Shown here: positions 1-11,300 of the stretch, in pieces
Position numbering within the stretch: position 1 is the stretch's first letter
How the letters are laid out: every line of letters begins with the position of its first letter
From: a virus
Taxonomy: Duplodnaviria > Caudoviricetes
Length of the DNA stretch: 64,000 nt
Virus record (IMG/VR): IMGVR_UViG_3300021399_000003
Coordinates: 1 to 64,000 of that record
Reading direction: 5' to 3' (one strand)
Made by a program: the position numbers and the translations under genes
The notes under the pieces: model-generated
What the model was told of the DNA's origin: nothing
Seen by the model: only the letters and a program-made list of their open reading frames with translations
The model's database searches: none

Positions 1-78
1 ACCGCTCTAATTAAGACATATTGCGGCGTTGATGTAATTCAGGCTATTTCTGTAAAGCATCAAGCTGAAGAGAAGTAA
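1..78 (+). CDS. 3' end of upstream virion/head-associated gene (partial)
   Basis: Frame 1 is open from base 1 (TALIKTYCGVDVIQAISVKHQAEEK) to TAA at 76-78, just before the next start. Confidence 0.6.
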   Translation, partial: TALIKTYCGVDVIQAISVKHQAEEK

Positions 79-81
79 CAT

Positions 82-570
82 ATGGCAACACCCTTTCTCA
101 AGGTATATGATGCCTTTCTAGCACGAATAACCGCGGATGAATGGACTCTTGAGGAAGAACTCGCAATCGTAGAGCGGGATTGGCAAGAACTCCTTAACAT
201 CGCAATTTTTAGGTTCAAGTATCCGCGTGTTAGCTTAGAGAGAGAAGAAGTTGAGCCTAGCGGCGACGATAATCCACATGAATTGAAAATGTATCAGTTT
301 GTTGAAGATTTAACAAATGATGAAATTCAATTGCTTGCTCTTTATATGAAACATGAGTGGGTAAAACGTTGTATTGCTAGTTGGGAGAATATTAGACAGC
401 TCTATGCAGATAAAGATTTTTCACAAGCAAATCATTTAGATAAATTAAATAAATTGGAGGCCGCGATTGCCAACGACGTGCGGCGCGCAGAAGGTATTTA
501 TGATCGTTCGCGCGGAAAGCGGCCAGCAAACTTATTTAAAAAGTTAGCGGGTAAGAAAAATGCCTTATGA
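82..570 (+). CDS. putative head-tail adaptor/connector protein
   Basis: 162 aa; MATPFxxVYDAFL start and helical body typical of SPbeta-like neck proteins; lies upstream of the tail genes. Confidence 0.55.
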   Translation: MATPFLKVYDAFLARITADEWTLEEELAIVERDWQELLNIAIFRFKYPRVSLEREEVEPSGDDNPHELKMYQFVEDLTNDEIQLLALYMKHEWVKRCIASWENIRQLYADKDFSQANHLDKLNKLEAAIANDVRRAEGIYDRSRGKRPANLFKKLAGKKNAL

Positions 571-832
571 AGTAACTTTTGACGGCTATAAAAATAAGTT
601 AAAGGGTCGTCTTTATGGCGTGCTTTGTGAAAAAGAAAAAAATGGTGAATGGGAAAAATTTCTTGATTCTATTATAATTGAACTTGAAGGATTAGGGCCA
701 ACTTGTATTAACTATTGGCCACTTCTTGGTAAGCTAAATTCATTGCGTCATTTATCATATGAATACTTTAGAAAAACTATTTTTGAATGTATGAATTTGG
801 TAGGCGCGCTTGAATTAAAGGATAATGAATGA
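560..832 (+). CDS. hypothetical virion morphogenesis protein
   Basis: 90 aa ORF overlapping both neighbours (translational coupling). Confidence 0.6.
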   Translation: MPYEVTFDGYKNKLKGRLYGVLCEKEKNGEWEKFLDSIIIELEGLGPTCINYWPLLGKLNSLRHLSYEYFRKTIFECMNLVGALELKDNE

Positions 833-2034
833 ATTATTTAGACGTATATTTTTCCCGCATTAATCATATGGGAGAAACTACAGCAGAGCGTATTCGTAAT
901 GGCGGTATAAGGTCATTTGAAAAATGGCTCGCTGAATCTCCTCATACAATAAGAAATTTATCTGTTGAGCGTGGAATTTATTTTGATGGAATTATTCTTA
1001 CAAGTAAGGATAAAGAATATGAAAAAATTATGTTTCTTGAAGTTGCCAATAATGTTCCTCTTTTAATTGGAGACATTATGAACTGGACTCTTGATAATGG
1101 TGATATTGAAAAATGGATTATTATACAAGAGGAAAAGAAAGTTAATGGCACTTTTAGAAGTTTTTGGATTGTAAGGTGTAATTATCTTATGAAATGGATT
1201 GATGCACAAGGACATTTACAGCAGTCTTGGTCATATTTTGTTAGTTCATTAGATAGCAAGATAAAAGGTAATTTCCGTACTTGGAATAATTTAATTACAC
1301 CGCAACCTAATAAATATGCTGAATTACTTATGCCTCGTTATCCAATAAATAGAGCGACAAATTTTATTATTGAAGAAGAATCTTGGACAGTAGTTGAATA
1401 TGATCATACAAGTGTTCCAGGCGTAATTTATCTTTCTTTAACTGAAGGTAAAATTAACTCTATTTATGATGATATTGAAAATAATATTGCTGATTTAGAT
1501 AAATTGGCTAAATATACTTTAGATATACCACCATTAACCCAAATTTTTCATTTAGGAGATCATATTAATCCTATATGTACTCTTACTAAGAATGGTAAGC
1601 CTAGTAATGAAGAATTAGAGTGGTTAACTAGTGATAAAAAAATCGTTCGTAATATTGACGGAGAATTAATTGCCGTCGGTAAAGGTACTGTTACAATTAT
1701 AGCTCAATTAAAAAATTATCCAGATATTAAACAATCTATTGAGGTTACAATAGGAGAACAGGAGGAAGTACAACAATTTACTGGTTATATTGAGGGTCCA
1801 GATAAAATTCGTTTAGATCGTGAAGCTACTTATCAATTAAAAGGAACTAACGAAATTAATATTGAAATTGTTGAATTTTCTATTAATAATGAGCTTGCTC
1901 GTATTGTTTCTTCATTTAATAATGAGTGTATTATTCATGCTAATGCTAAAAATAAATTAGGAACAGTTATTTTAACTGCTGTATATAATGATCAACAGTT
2001 TACAAAAGAAATAAAAATTATTCCATTATGGTAG
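829..2034 (+). CDS. putative head-closure/neck protein with C-terminal Ig-like domains
   Basis: 401 aa; C-terminal half has an Ig-like pattern (WLTSDKKIVRNIDGELIAVGKGTVTIIA); neck module position. Confidence 0.6.
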   Translation: MNYLDVYFSRINHMGETTAERIRNGGIRSFEKWLAESPHTIRNLSVERGIYFDGIILTSKDKEYEKIMFLEVANNVPLLIGDIMNWTLDNGDIEKWIIIQEEKKVNGTFRSFWIVRCNYLMKWIDAQGHLQQSWSYFVSSLDSKIKGNFRTWNNLITPQPNKYAELLMPRYPINRATNFIIEEESWTVVEYDHTSVPGVIYLSLTEGKINSIYDDIENNIADLDKLAKYTLDIPPLTQIFHLGDHINPICTLTKNGKPSNEELEWLTSDKKIVRNIDGELIAVGKGTVTIIAQLKNYPDIKQSIEVTIGEQEEVQQFTGYIEGPDKIRLDREATYQLKGTNEINIEIVEFSINNELARIVSSFNNECIIHANAKNKLGTVILTAVYNDQQFTKEIKIIPLW

Positions 2035-2043
2035 GTGATTTGA

Positions 2044-2565
2044 ATGGATTTAGGTAATACACAAAGACGATTTGCCGTAATGGGTAATAATACTTTTAGA
2101 ATTGCTAATAAATTAATGCAAAGTCAACGTATTTGTCGATTATTAAAATATCAGACAAAAGATCCTTTTTTATTAAAAGACCCAATAACTGGGAAAGACC
2201 AACCTGATGTTGATGGTATAGAACTAATTCATAAGCAAATTCTTATTGTTCCTAAGGTATTTGATGATAGTACTGAAAAAATGTCATATGTTGTTTCAGT
2301 TTTTGATGATTTTACTGTTAATCAACTTAATCCTGAATTTAAAATTTCAACCGTACGTTTTGATATAGCTTGTCCATATGATGAATGGATTTTAAATGAA
2401 CAATCTTTACGTCCATATTTAATTATGGAAGAAATAGACCGCATGTTTAATGGACAGCCATTAGCTGGCATAGGTAATTTACAATTTTATCGCGCAGATA
2501 ATTTAACTCTTTCTCCTTGGATTGGAGGATATTCAATGAGGTATAAAATTAATGAATTTAACTGA
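2044..2565 (+). CDS. putative tail completion/terminator protein
   Basis: 173 aa; RPYLIMEEIDRMFNG...GIGNLQF...GYSMRY pattern; position before the tail tube gene. Confidence 0.55.
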   Translation: MDLGNTQRRFAVMGNNTFRIANKLMQSQRICRLLKYQTKDPFLLKDPITGKDQPDVDGIELIHKQILIVPKVFDDSTEKMSYVVSVFDDFTVNQLNPEFKISTVRFDIACPYDEWILNEQSLRPYLIMEEIDRMFNGQPLAGIGNLQFYRADNLTLSPWIGGYSMRYKINEFN

Positions 2566-3331
2566 TGATGAAATTTTAAAATTTCAACGTGGTACTCCAA
2601 TTTTTTTAGATGATATATGCGCGATTTATCCAGCTAAAATGGGAGAAATTATAGATGAAGGTTATTCTAATTTTCAAAAATATTTGAGTGTTTTAATAGC
2701 GGAAAAACCAGTTATTAATAAAAGTTCAGATAGTGAATTAAAAGATTTAATGGAACAACTTACTGATTTTCAATACCTATTAATGATGACTGCAATTGAT
2801 CCAGAAATTAATCAAACCGTAAAAGATGCTTTTAGATTTTTTACGCATGAAAATATTGTTTTTTCATTGGATCCCGCGCAAATCATTATAGGGCCAATTG
2901 AAGAAAAACACTTATTAACAGAGGAAAAGTTTTATGATTTTCAGCGCATCCTCAAACGCATGTATTTCATAGAACAAGAAGGAGAAGAAATTATTATTTC
3001 TCAAGATGACCCACCGGCAGTAAGAAGATTAAAAGAACAAATGCGAAGAAATAGAGAAAAAGTTCGTAAAGCAAAAGCAAAACAGACTGCTCAAGAGGGG
3101 CCAGATTTAAAATTCTCCGACCTTATAGGCAGTATCACAATTGATAACTGCGGTCTAAATATGGAAAATATTTGGAATATTACATATTACGCTTTTCACG
3201 ACCAGCTGAAAAGAATGGGATGGCGTGATCAGTTTAATATAAACAATCAAGCCGCTTTGGCTGGTGCAAAATTGAAAAAGAATCAATTAAAGCATTGGAT
3301 GCGTTCCATTGCGAGCTCTGACAAATCATGA
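2552..3331 (+). CDS. putative tail assembly chaperone-like protein
   Basis: 259 aa, helical; C-terminal NIWNITYYAFHDQLKR resembles chaperone C-termini; inferred mainly from position. Confidence 0.4.
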   Translation: MNLTDDEILKFQRGTPIFLDDICAIYPAKMGEIIDEGYSNFQKYLSVLIAEKPVINKSSDSELKDLMEQLTDFQYLLMMTAIDPEINQTVKDAFRFFTHENIVFSLDPAQIIIGPIEEKHLLTEEKFYDFQRILKRMYFIEQEGEEIIISQDDPPAVRRLKEQMRRNREKVRKAKAKQTAQEGPDLKFSDLIGSITIDNCGLNMENIWNITYYAFHDQLKRMGWRDQFNINNQAALAGAKLKKNQLKHWMRSIASSDKS

Positions 3332-3350
3332 TTTATAGGAGGTAACTCAC

Positions 3351-4334
3351 ATGGCTGTTAATATTTTTGATAAGTATGGTATTAAGGAAGTTGCCAACGT
3401 TTATTTTGAAGCCCTAGAGGACGATCCTAAGTCTAATGTATATAAGGGCGACATCGTTCTATTCCTAGATACCCTAAAGGTTTCTACTATTGAGACCACT
3501 GCTGAGACCACTGATGCTACTGGTGGTTGGGGCAATCCTAAGCTAATTTCTTGGGACTATGGCAAGGAGATTACTATTACTCTAGAAGATGCTCTAATTT
3601 CTCTTGAATCTCTACGTTTCATGCTTGGTGGTGCTATTCATAAGCCAGCTACTGATGACACTGTAATCGTTCATCACACTGAAGAAGTTATTGCTGGTGA
3701 AAATGGTGCTCTACCATTACCAAAGGATCATATCACCGGTAATACTCTAACTCCAAAAGCTACCGCTAATCACCCAATTCGTTTTATTAACTACGGTGGC
3801 GGTATTGGAAGCACTGTCGCGGGCGTTCGTACTCAGATTGTTGCTGCAGTAGGCCAGGATGGAACAGTAACTGACAAGACTATGGCTGCAAATGATATTC
3901 TAAAGTTTAAGAATACCGCTATGGGCGTAACCACAGCTGCTCCTGCTGCTGAAGGTGACCATATTCGTATTTTCTGGGATGAGTTAGTAACTGGTGCTGC
4001 TAATGCAGATGCTGCTGTTGAAGTAACCATTTCTCCTGATACATTCCCAGGTACTTATCGTGTAGTTGGTGATACTTTCATGCGTTCACAGAAGACTGGT
4101 AAGGATGAGGCTTTCCAGTTTGTAATTGGTAAGGCTAAGGTTCAGTCTGAGGTTACTATTACTCTAGAAGCTGAAGGCGATCCTTCTACTTTTGAAATGA
4201 CTCTAAACGTACTACGTGATGATAATGAACGTGGTGACAAGGAAATGATGAAGCTAATTCGTTACGGTGGAGCTGCTGCTGATGCTGCCAACTCTGGTGA
4301 TGACATTGGTTCTCTTTCCGCTGATGGTCAGTAA
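3351..4334 (+). CDS. major tail tube protein
   Basis: 327 aa; KYGIKEVANV, GGWGNPKLISWD, TLEAEGDPSTFEM motifs; strong SD (AGGAGG); high-expression codon bias; terminator follows. Confidence 0.8.
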   Translation: MAVNIFDKYGIKEVANVYFEALEDDPKSNVYKGDIVLFLDTLKVSTIETTAETTDATGGWGNPKLISWDYGKEITITLEDALISLESLRFMLGGAIHKPATDDTVIVHHTEEVIAGENGALPLPKDHITGNTLTPKATANHPIRFINYGGGIGSTVAGVRTQIVAAVGQDGTVTDKTMAANDILKFKNTAMGVTTAAPAAEGDHIRIFWDELVTGAANADAAVEVTISPDTFPGTYRVVGDTFMRSQKTGKDEAFQFVIGKAKVQSEVTITLEAEGDPSTFEMTLNVLRDDNERGDKEMMKLIRYGGAAADAANSGDDIGSLSADGQ

Positions 4335-4347
4335 TTAAATATGCTAT

Positions 4348-4380
4348 AAACTAGGGGCATTAAGCCCCTAGTTTTTATTT
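4348..4380 (+). terminator. intrinsic terminator after major tail gene
   Basis: AAACTAGGGGC-ATTAA-GCCCCTAGTTT followed by TTATTT. Confidence 0.85.
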
Positions 4381-4383
4381 TAG

Positions 4384-5244
4384 GTGGTGAATCAAATGAT
4401 TGACCAATATTTTGGTGTAAAAGAACTTTATGAGGTTGTATTAAAAGCTAAAGTTCCTATGCAATTTGGTTCAAGACGCCTAGAAGAAGGAGAGCCAGTT
4501 CTCTATTTTGAGAATGTAAGTATTTCCATGCTTTCTGAACGTTCTTCCCCTATAATGGCGCGGGGCGGTTGGTCCAATATGCCTCGTGTTATTTGGGAAG
4601 ATCGTTCAGAAGTTACTTTTTCTTTAACAGAGGGCGTTATGTCATCTATTAGCATGGGAGTTTTATTAAGTGCTAATATGACTGAAAAACAAGAGGGAAC
4701 TTCTATCGCAGTTCCTATGCGTGAAGGACCTTTTGAATTAGATTCAGATAATAGTTTTGTTTTAAATCATATGCCTATTTTGCCACCGCGAAAAAAAGTT
4801 TTTATTTATGAATATGAACGAGACGTAGGACAAAAGAAAGTATATGGTAATATTATACAAGAAATACATAATATTGCGGGTGAAGTAGTTCCTCGTATAA
4901 AAGTAAAAGAAGCGGACGCTACCAAACATTATATGGTAGATTATTATTATGAGTATAAGGATGAAGCGTTAATATATTTGATTCAAAAAGAACGCTTTAA
5001 TGGATTGTTCACTCTTGAGGGTAAGTTTTACTCCAAGGATGAAAATGAAGGCTTAAATTATACAAATTTAATTTATATGCCAAAAGTAAGAGTTGTGAGT
5101 GATATTAACTTGCGCTTGGGAGAAAGGGCTGATCCAACTACGTCCGTTTTTAACATCGTTGGTATGCCAGAAAAAACGGATGATAGTAATAATTTAATAG
5201 TGAGAATAACGCGTCTTAATCAAGACATTGATGCTGATATATGA
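4384..5244 (+). CDS. tail tube protein paralogue (minor tail protein)
   Basis: Shares motifs with 3351-4334 (YFGVKELYEV, ARGGWSNMPRVIWE, LGERADPTTSVF); likely true start is ATG at 4396. Confidence 0.7.
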   Translation: MVNQMIDQYFGVKELYEVVLKAKVPMQFGSRRLEEGEPVLYFENVSISMLSERSSPIMARGGWSNMPRVIWEDRSEVTFSLTEGVMSSISMGVLLSANMTEKQEGTSIAVPMREGPFELDSDNSFVLNHMPILPPRKKVFIYEYERDVGQKKVYGNIIQEIHNIAGEVVPRIKVKEADATKHYMVDYYYEYKDEALIYLIQKERFNGLFTLEGKFYSKDENEGLNYTNLIYMPKVRVVSDINLRLGERADPTTSVFNIVGMPEKTDDSNNLIVRITRLNQDIDADI

Positions 5245-5284
5245 GCCACTTTCCTAGGTGTAGGGAAGTGGCTCTTTTTTATTT
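5243..5284 (+). terminator. intrinsic terminator/attenuator upstream of tape measure gene
   Basis: GAGCCACTTTCCTA-GGTG-TAGGGAAGTGGCTC followed by TTTTTTATTT. Confidence 0.8.
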
Positions 5285-5307
5285 GGTGAAAAAGGAGAGT
5301 GAGATAG

Positions 5308-8300
5308 ATGGCTGAAATTACTGTTGATGTTGGTGTAAGACTGAATGTTATACAAGGCACAATTGATGATTTGAAAAAACAATTGGCTAATATAGAAATA
5401 GGAAGTCCTAAGCATAATCAATTAAGTAAAACTATTCAACAATTAGAAAGAGAATGGGAAAAATTACAAATATTAACTTCTAAAGGTTTTACATCTGAAC
5501 AACAATTTAATCAAGCTGGAAAATCAATTGAAAAAATGGAAGGTTCAATTGCTAAAGTCCAGATGATAATGAATAATATTAAATTTTCTGATTTAAAATT
5601 GAATCCAGCGCAACAAAAAGAATTTGAACAAGTTGAACAACGTATAGTAGAAGCTGACACGGCCTTTACTCAATTTCAAGAAAAAATAAAGCAAGGCTTA
5701 TTAGACAAAGCAGGCAGTAAGGGTTTAGAGTTATTAGGAACAGAAAATTTAAAGAAGCCGTTTGAAGAGTTGGATCGTGTTATTGATAATACTGTCACCA
5801 ATAGTAATAAAAAATTAACTACATTACAAGAAAATATAGCAAAAATTGAAGGACAAATAACTAAAAGTCGAGATGTACATACGAAGCAAGCCGCAGGATT
5901 AACCCCTCAAACTTATAAAGATTTGGGTTTAGAGCAATATTTAACAACTTATAAAGACGGTTTACGCTATAAACCAGGGGTTAAAAATAATAATAGTGAC
6001 TTATTAAACACTTTAGCAGATAATTTAGGATTGTCGCAATCTAAACGTTTAGAATGGCTTGATCAATTAAAAAATGCTAGTGTAAAAGATATTCAAGAAG
6101 CAGTTAAAAGTATTTCAGAAACTGATTTTTTAAAAGGATTACAATCAAAAACTGCTGATAGTTTAACATCTCAAAAAACTGGATTAGAAACAGAATATAA
6201 TCAATTGATAGAAAAAGTACAACAATTACAACAATTACAAACTCAATTTAAAGATACTCAAGGTGATAATGGCCAACTTTCTGGCGCAATGGAAAAATAT
6301 AATGCCGTATTAACTGAATGCGAACAAATTTTGACTCGAATGCGTGGACAAGCTGTTAGCGGCTTTCAAAAAGACATGCATAAAAGTACTAACGCTTTAA
6401 CTAATGATTTAGATAATTTTAATAAACAATTAGGAGAAGCAAGTGCACAATTTTTAAAGTTACAAAATCAAAAACAAACTTTTAATTCAATGCGAATGGC
6501 GGTTACTAATTTTATGGGATTTAATCAAGTATTAAATCTTACAAAACGCGCGGTTCGTGATGCTATGAATCATATTAAACAATTAGATACTACAATGAAT
6601 GGTATATCTATTGTTACAGATATGACTACTAGCGATTTATGGAAGCAAGTAGATGTATATAGTGCTATGGCACAAAAATATGGCACTACAATTCAAGGAG
6701 CATATGATGTTTCTAAAATTTATTATCAGCAAGGTCTAGAAACAAAAGATGTTATGACTTTAACTGAAGAAACATTAAAGTTATCTAAAGTTTCTGGATT
6801 AGATTATGCCACAACTACAGACTATATGACTACAGCTTTGCGTGGCTTTAAAATGGAAATGTCTGATGCTTCAACTATAGTTGACGTATATTCTAATTTA
6901 GCTGCTAATACTGCCGTTTCACAGGAAGAATTGGCTGTTGCTATGAGTAAAACTGCTTCTTCTATGGAATCAGTTGGTTCTACTTTTGAAGAGAGCTCTG
7001 CTATGATTGCTACAATGGTAGCGGTTACTCGTGAATCTGCGACCAATATAGGTTCAGCTATGAAATCTATTGCTTCTCGTTATGGTGAATTAACTAAAGA
7101 TCCTCAGAAATTATTAGATTCTGAAGGAGAGGCAATGAGTTTCAACAAAGTTGATGCTGCGTTGAAATCTGTTGGCATTTCAATGCAAACAACCGATCAT
7201 CAATTCCGTGAATTTACTGATGTTATTGTTGAATTATCAGAAAAATGGGATACTTTAGATAGCACACAGCAACGTTATATTGCTACTCAATTTGCTGGTA
7301 ACAGACAACAATCTCGTTTCTTAGCATTAGTTTCTAATGGTGATTTATTAAAAGAAAATATGGAAACTGCTGCTAATAGTGAAGATGTTGGCACTTTGCA
7401 AAGTTTAAAAGCAATGGATTCAATTGAATCTAAAATGAACCAAGTGCAAGTCGCTGCTCAACAGTTTTATACTACTTTGGGTGCAGAAGGAGTATGGAAA
7501 AGCGCATTAGATGGAATTAGAAATTATGTTGATGGACTAAATAATTTACCAAAATTATTTGATAAAATTCCTATTGGTGCTATTGCTATGGTTGGTAGCA
7601 TGCTTACTCTTGTAAAATCAGCTTTATATAAGGGTATAGAAGGGGTAGCCAAAATATGGCAAAGTGTTATTTCACCTCCTGATCAGGTTTCAACTCAACA
7701 AGCTTCAGGCACACAAGCAGGAGAAAGTTGGGGACAAGGATATATAAATGCGTTAAAATCTATTGCACCCGCAATAAAAGCGGCAAAAGATCATATTGCA
7801 AATTCTTTTAAAGATGAAAAATCTAAAGAACAAAATATACAGGCTAATCAGGAACAAAAACCAAGTGAACCATCTTCGACTACCACTTTAACTGAAAATA
7901 ATGCAGCTATAGAATCAAGTAGTGCTCAAGAAACTTTAGCCATGGAACAGCAAGTTTCACAAGAAAGAATACGTAATGCTGCCGCTACAAGAGAAGAGGT
8001 AGTGGCTAATGAAAGGCAAATGCAAAGTGAATTACAACAGGTTATAGCAGAAGCGAAACAAAATAAATTAGAGCAAGAAAATGCTTCAAGAACTGCATTA
8101 AATCAAGCAGCTCAAGAACAGATTACTGATTTACAATCTCTTATTGATTCTGGAACAGCCTCTCCTATAACGATAACGGGAGCAGAGCAGGGGATAGCTG
8201 ATCTTCGAGCGGAAATAGAAAGTCGTCCTATATTAGCTACAATAGAATTAAATGCTGAAGAAGAAGCAGGAGCTGCATTACAATATTTACAATCAAAATT

Positions 8301-11300
8301 TGATCAAGTTAAGGCGGATATTTCTGTAAATGCTGATACTTCTGAAGCTACTGCTAAAATAATGGCAATAGATACTCTATTAGGTAATTTAGATGATATA
8401 GTAGCGCATCCAGAAGTAGCGGACGACGCAATATTAGATTTGGGTATAAAAATATCAGACATTTTAAGACAGATACGAGAAGTAAATGAGAATCCAATAA
8501 CGCCTGTTGTAGAATCATCAGATGAATCACAGGGAGGTTCAGAAGAGCAAGAGGAATCAGGCGATTCAAGTACTTCAATACCAGAAATAGCTGATGAAGT
8601 AATTGGTAAAATTCAAGAAGAAACACAAGCTCATATCGAAGGTGCGGCTGCGGCTGAACAATATGCAAATGAAGAGGACCAATCTGCACAAAGTAGTGTT
8701 AATGCAGGAGAAGGAGCTCAGGTCTCTGCGGCTGGAACTCAAGCAGAAACACAAGAACACGTCGAAGCAGCTGGTGCCGCAAGAGAACACGCAGCTGCGG
8801 ATGAACAGGTTGCACAAAGTGCGACTGCAGCAGGAGAGGCAGCAGCACAAGCTAGGCAAAATGCTTCTAATTTAGGCAGTATTTCTATGGCTTTAAATAT
8901 GATAGCTGGTTTGCTTGATAAATCTTCTGCAGGCGGTCGTATTTTTGCTGGAGTTCTAATGACAATTGCTGGAGTAATGAAGCTTGTACAAGCTTATAAT
9001 TTAGCAATAGCTAATTCTTCTCCTTGGATGGCAGTAGGAACTGCAATTGTAGGAATTATTAGTGGTATTTCTACAATGATAGAAGATGCAGAAGAAAAAA
9101 CAGAACGTTTAACTAAAGCGGCTGAAGAAGCTAACAATAAAGCAAAAGAGAAAAATGCTGATTATAAATTATTAGATAGATCGATAAGTAAATTACAAGA
9201 ATTAGAAAAAGCTCGCTATGACAGTGCAGAAGCGGCTGAAGAATATCAAACTGCTGTTGATGAATTGGCTAGTAAATATCCTCAATTAATTACTGGGTTA
9301 GACGCGGCTGGTAATGCTACTATTGAAGCTGCTAATTTAGACTATGAATTGGAAAAAGCTAGAAGAGCCGCGGCAGAAGCTACTTTAGAAGCTGCAAAGG
9401 CTGAAAGAGAAAAGGCTGAGAATGAATTGGAAAACGCCAAAACGGACGTAAATGATAAAAAAAATGAAATATTAGGTGAAGATGGCAGAGTTTCATCAAG
9501 GTATTATAGTGCAAATTTAACTGATATCTCTACTGGAAAAATAAGTTTTGATAAAAATGTATTAGGCATTCAAAAAGGCTGGTTTGGAAGAGAAAGTAGT
9601 AATTTAGAGGCATTGGGATTAAAAAGTGATCAAGAATATAGTACTCAAGAAATATTAGATATGTTATATAGACATAATGATACTCTAAAAGGTTTTATGT
9701 CGTTGAGTAATAATGGTCTATATGAAATATTGGATGAAGGCGGTTTTAGTAGAGAAATACAAGAGCTTACCGGGGCAGATCAATCATCTGTAGAAAATTT
9801 TTTAAATATGATAAAAAGCAATCCACTTAGTAAAGAAAATAAATTTAATGTTGATGATATACAGAAAATTTCTTCAGAAATTGCCGAATTAAACCCTGCA
9901 AGTGAGAATTTTAATCAAACAGTAAAAGAATTATCAACAAAAATTAGTAATGCTGGAATGCAGAGCATATTTTCTGATTTTATGGACTATGCTAGTGAAT
10001 TAGCAATTGGATTAGAAAAAGTAGAAAATTTTAAAGGTGTTTTAAAGGCCACTGAAAAAACAGTGCTTTCTGCCGCAGTTAATAATATGGGAAAAGAACA
10101 ACAAGAATTTGTAGAAAGTCTTGGTGACGCTTCTGGATTATTAACTGCTTATATTTATCAATTAGCAGAAGGTAAAGATAATATAGAAGATTATATAAAA
10201 ACACAACTTGAGGGTGATTATCAAGCATTTCAAGAGGCTTATAAAACCATTTCTGCTAGTAATGTAAAGACTGAACAATTCCAAGACATGTGGAAAAATC
10301 GTCAAAATTATACAGCAGAAGATTTTTATAGTGAATTTGGAATTAATAGTGAAGGAGATCCATTAGGTATATTAGCTTATTATGAGCAAAATATGATGGA
10401 TGTAAAAACATTGAAAAAAAGGTTAGAAGAAAAATTGGATGTTAATCCATTTGATTCTTCTATACCAATGGAACAATTTAGTGCACAATTTGATTTATCT
10501 AAATTAATAAAAAATCAAAATATACAATTATCTCCTGCTTTAGCTAGTTTTGTAACAGACGCTATTAATCAAGCTCAAGAGTATTTTGAAGAAGGATTTG
10601 TTGATAAAGGAACAGAAGTTTTAAATGCTACAGGACAAGTTATTAGTGCTATAAACCAAGAAGGGGTAGATACTAGTGCTATTAATGCGTTAATTAAACA
10701 ATATGGAATTTCTAATATAAGTTCAATTTCTAATATCATTGAAAATTTACCAGACGGAACACCGCCAGAGGTTCAAACTGCTTTTCAACAATTGCAAAAT
10801 GCTCTTTTATATAATTTACCTCTAGCGATTCAAGCTTATACAGAAGATTTGGTTTCTAATGTTGAAGATTATGAAAGTAAGATAAAAAAGACAAGTTCTG
10901 GTATGACAGTTAATGAAGCCATGCAAGCTTTAGAATTAATAAATTCAAATATAGAAGGAGATACTAAGCCTTCTCATTTAACTGAATTTAAAAGTAAGAA
11001 TGGCAAGTTAATTATGGATGCTGATTTACGGCAAAAGTATACAGATGCCGTACTTCATGGATTAGAAAATGATTATCAAGAAATTGAAAATAAAATTAAT
11101 GAATTTATTGGAACAAATGGCCAGGAAACGGAACAAAGTAAATTATTAAAAGAATTAAAATATACTACAGAACCTCTTTCTATTGATGATGCTGATATAA
11201 CAAATCTTTTATCTGATTTACATATTATTGATAAGAATGCGGATGGCGAGTGGCATTATGTCGAAGACATGGTTGATTCTACTACTGATATTTTTGCCCT

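Noticed and set aside
8232-8240. ATTAGCTAC inside the TMP gene
   Set aside because: No flanking stems; consistent with a chance match in coding sequence.
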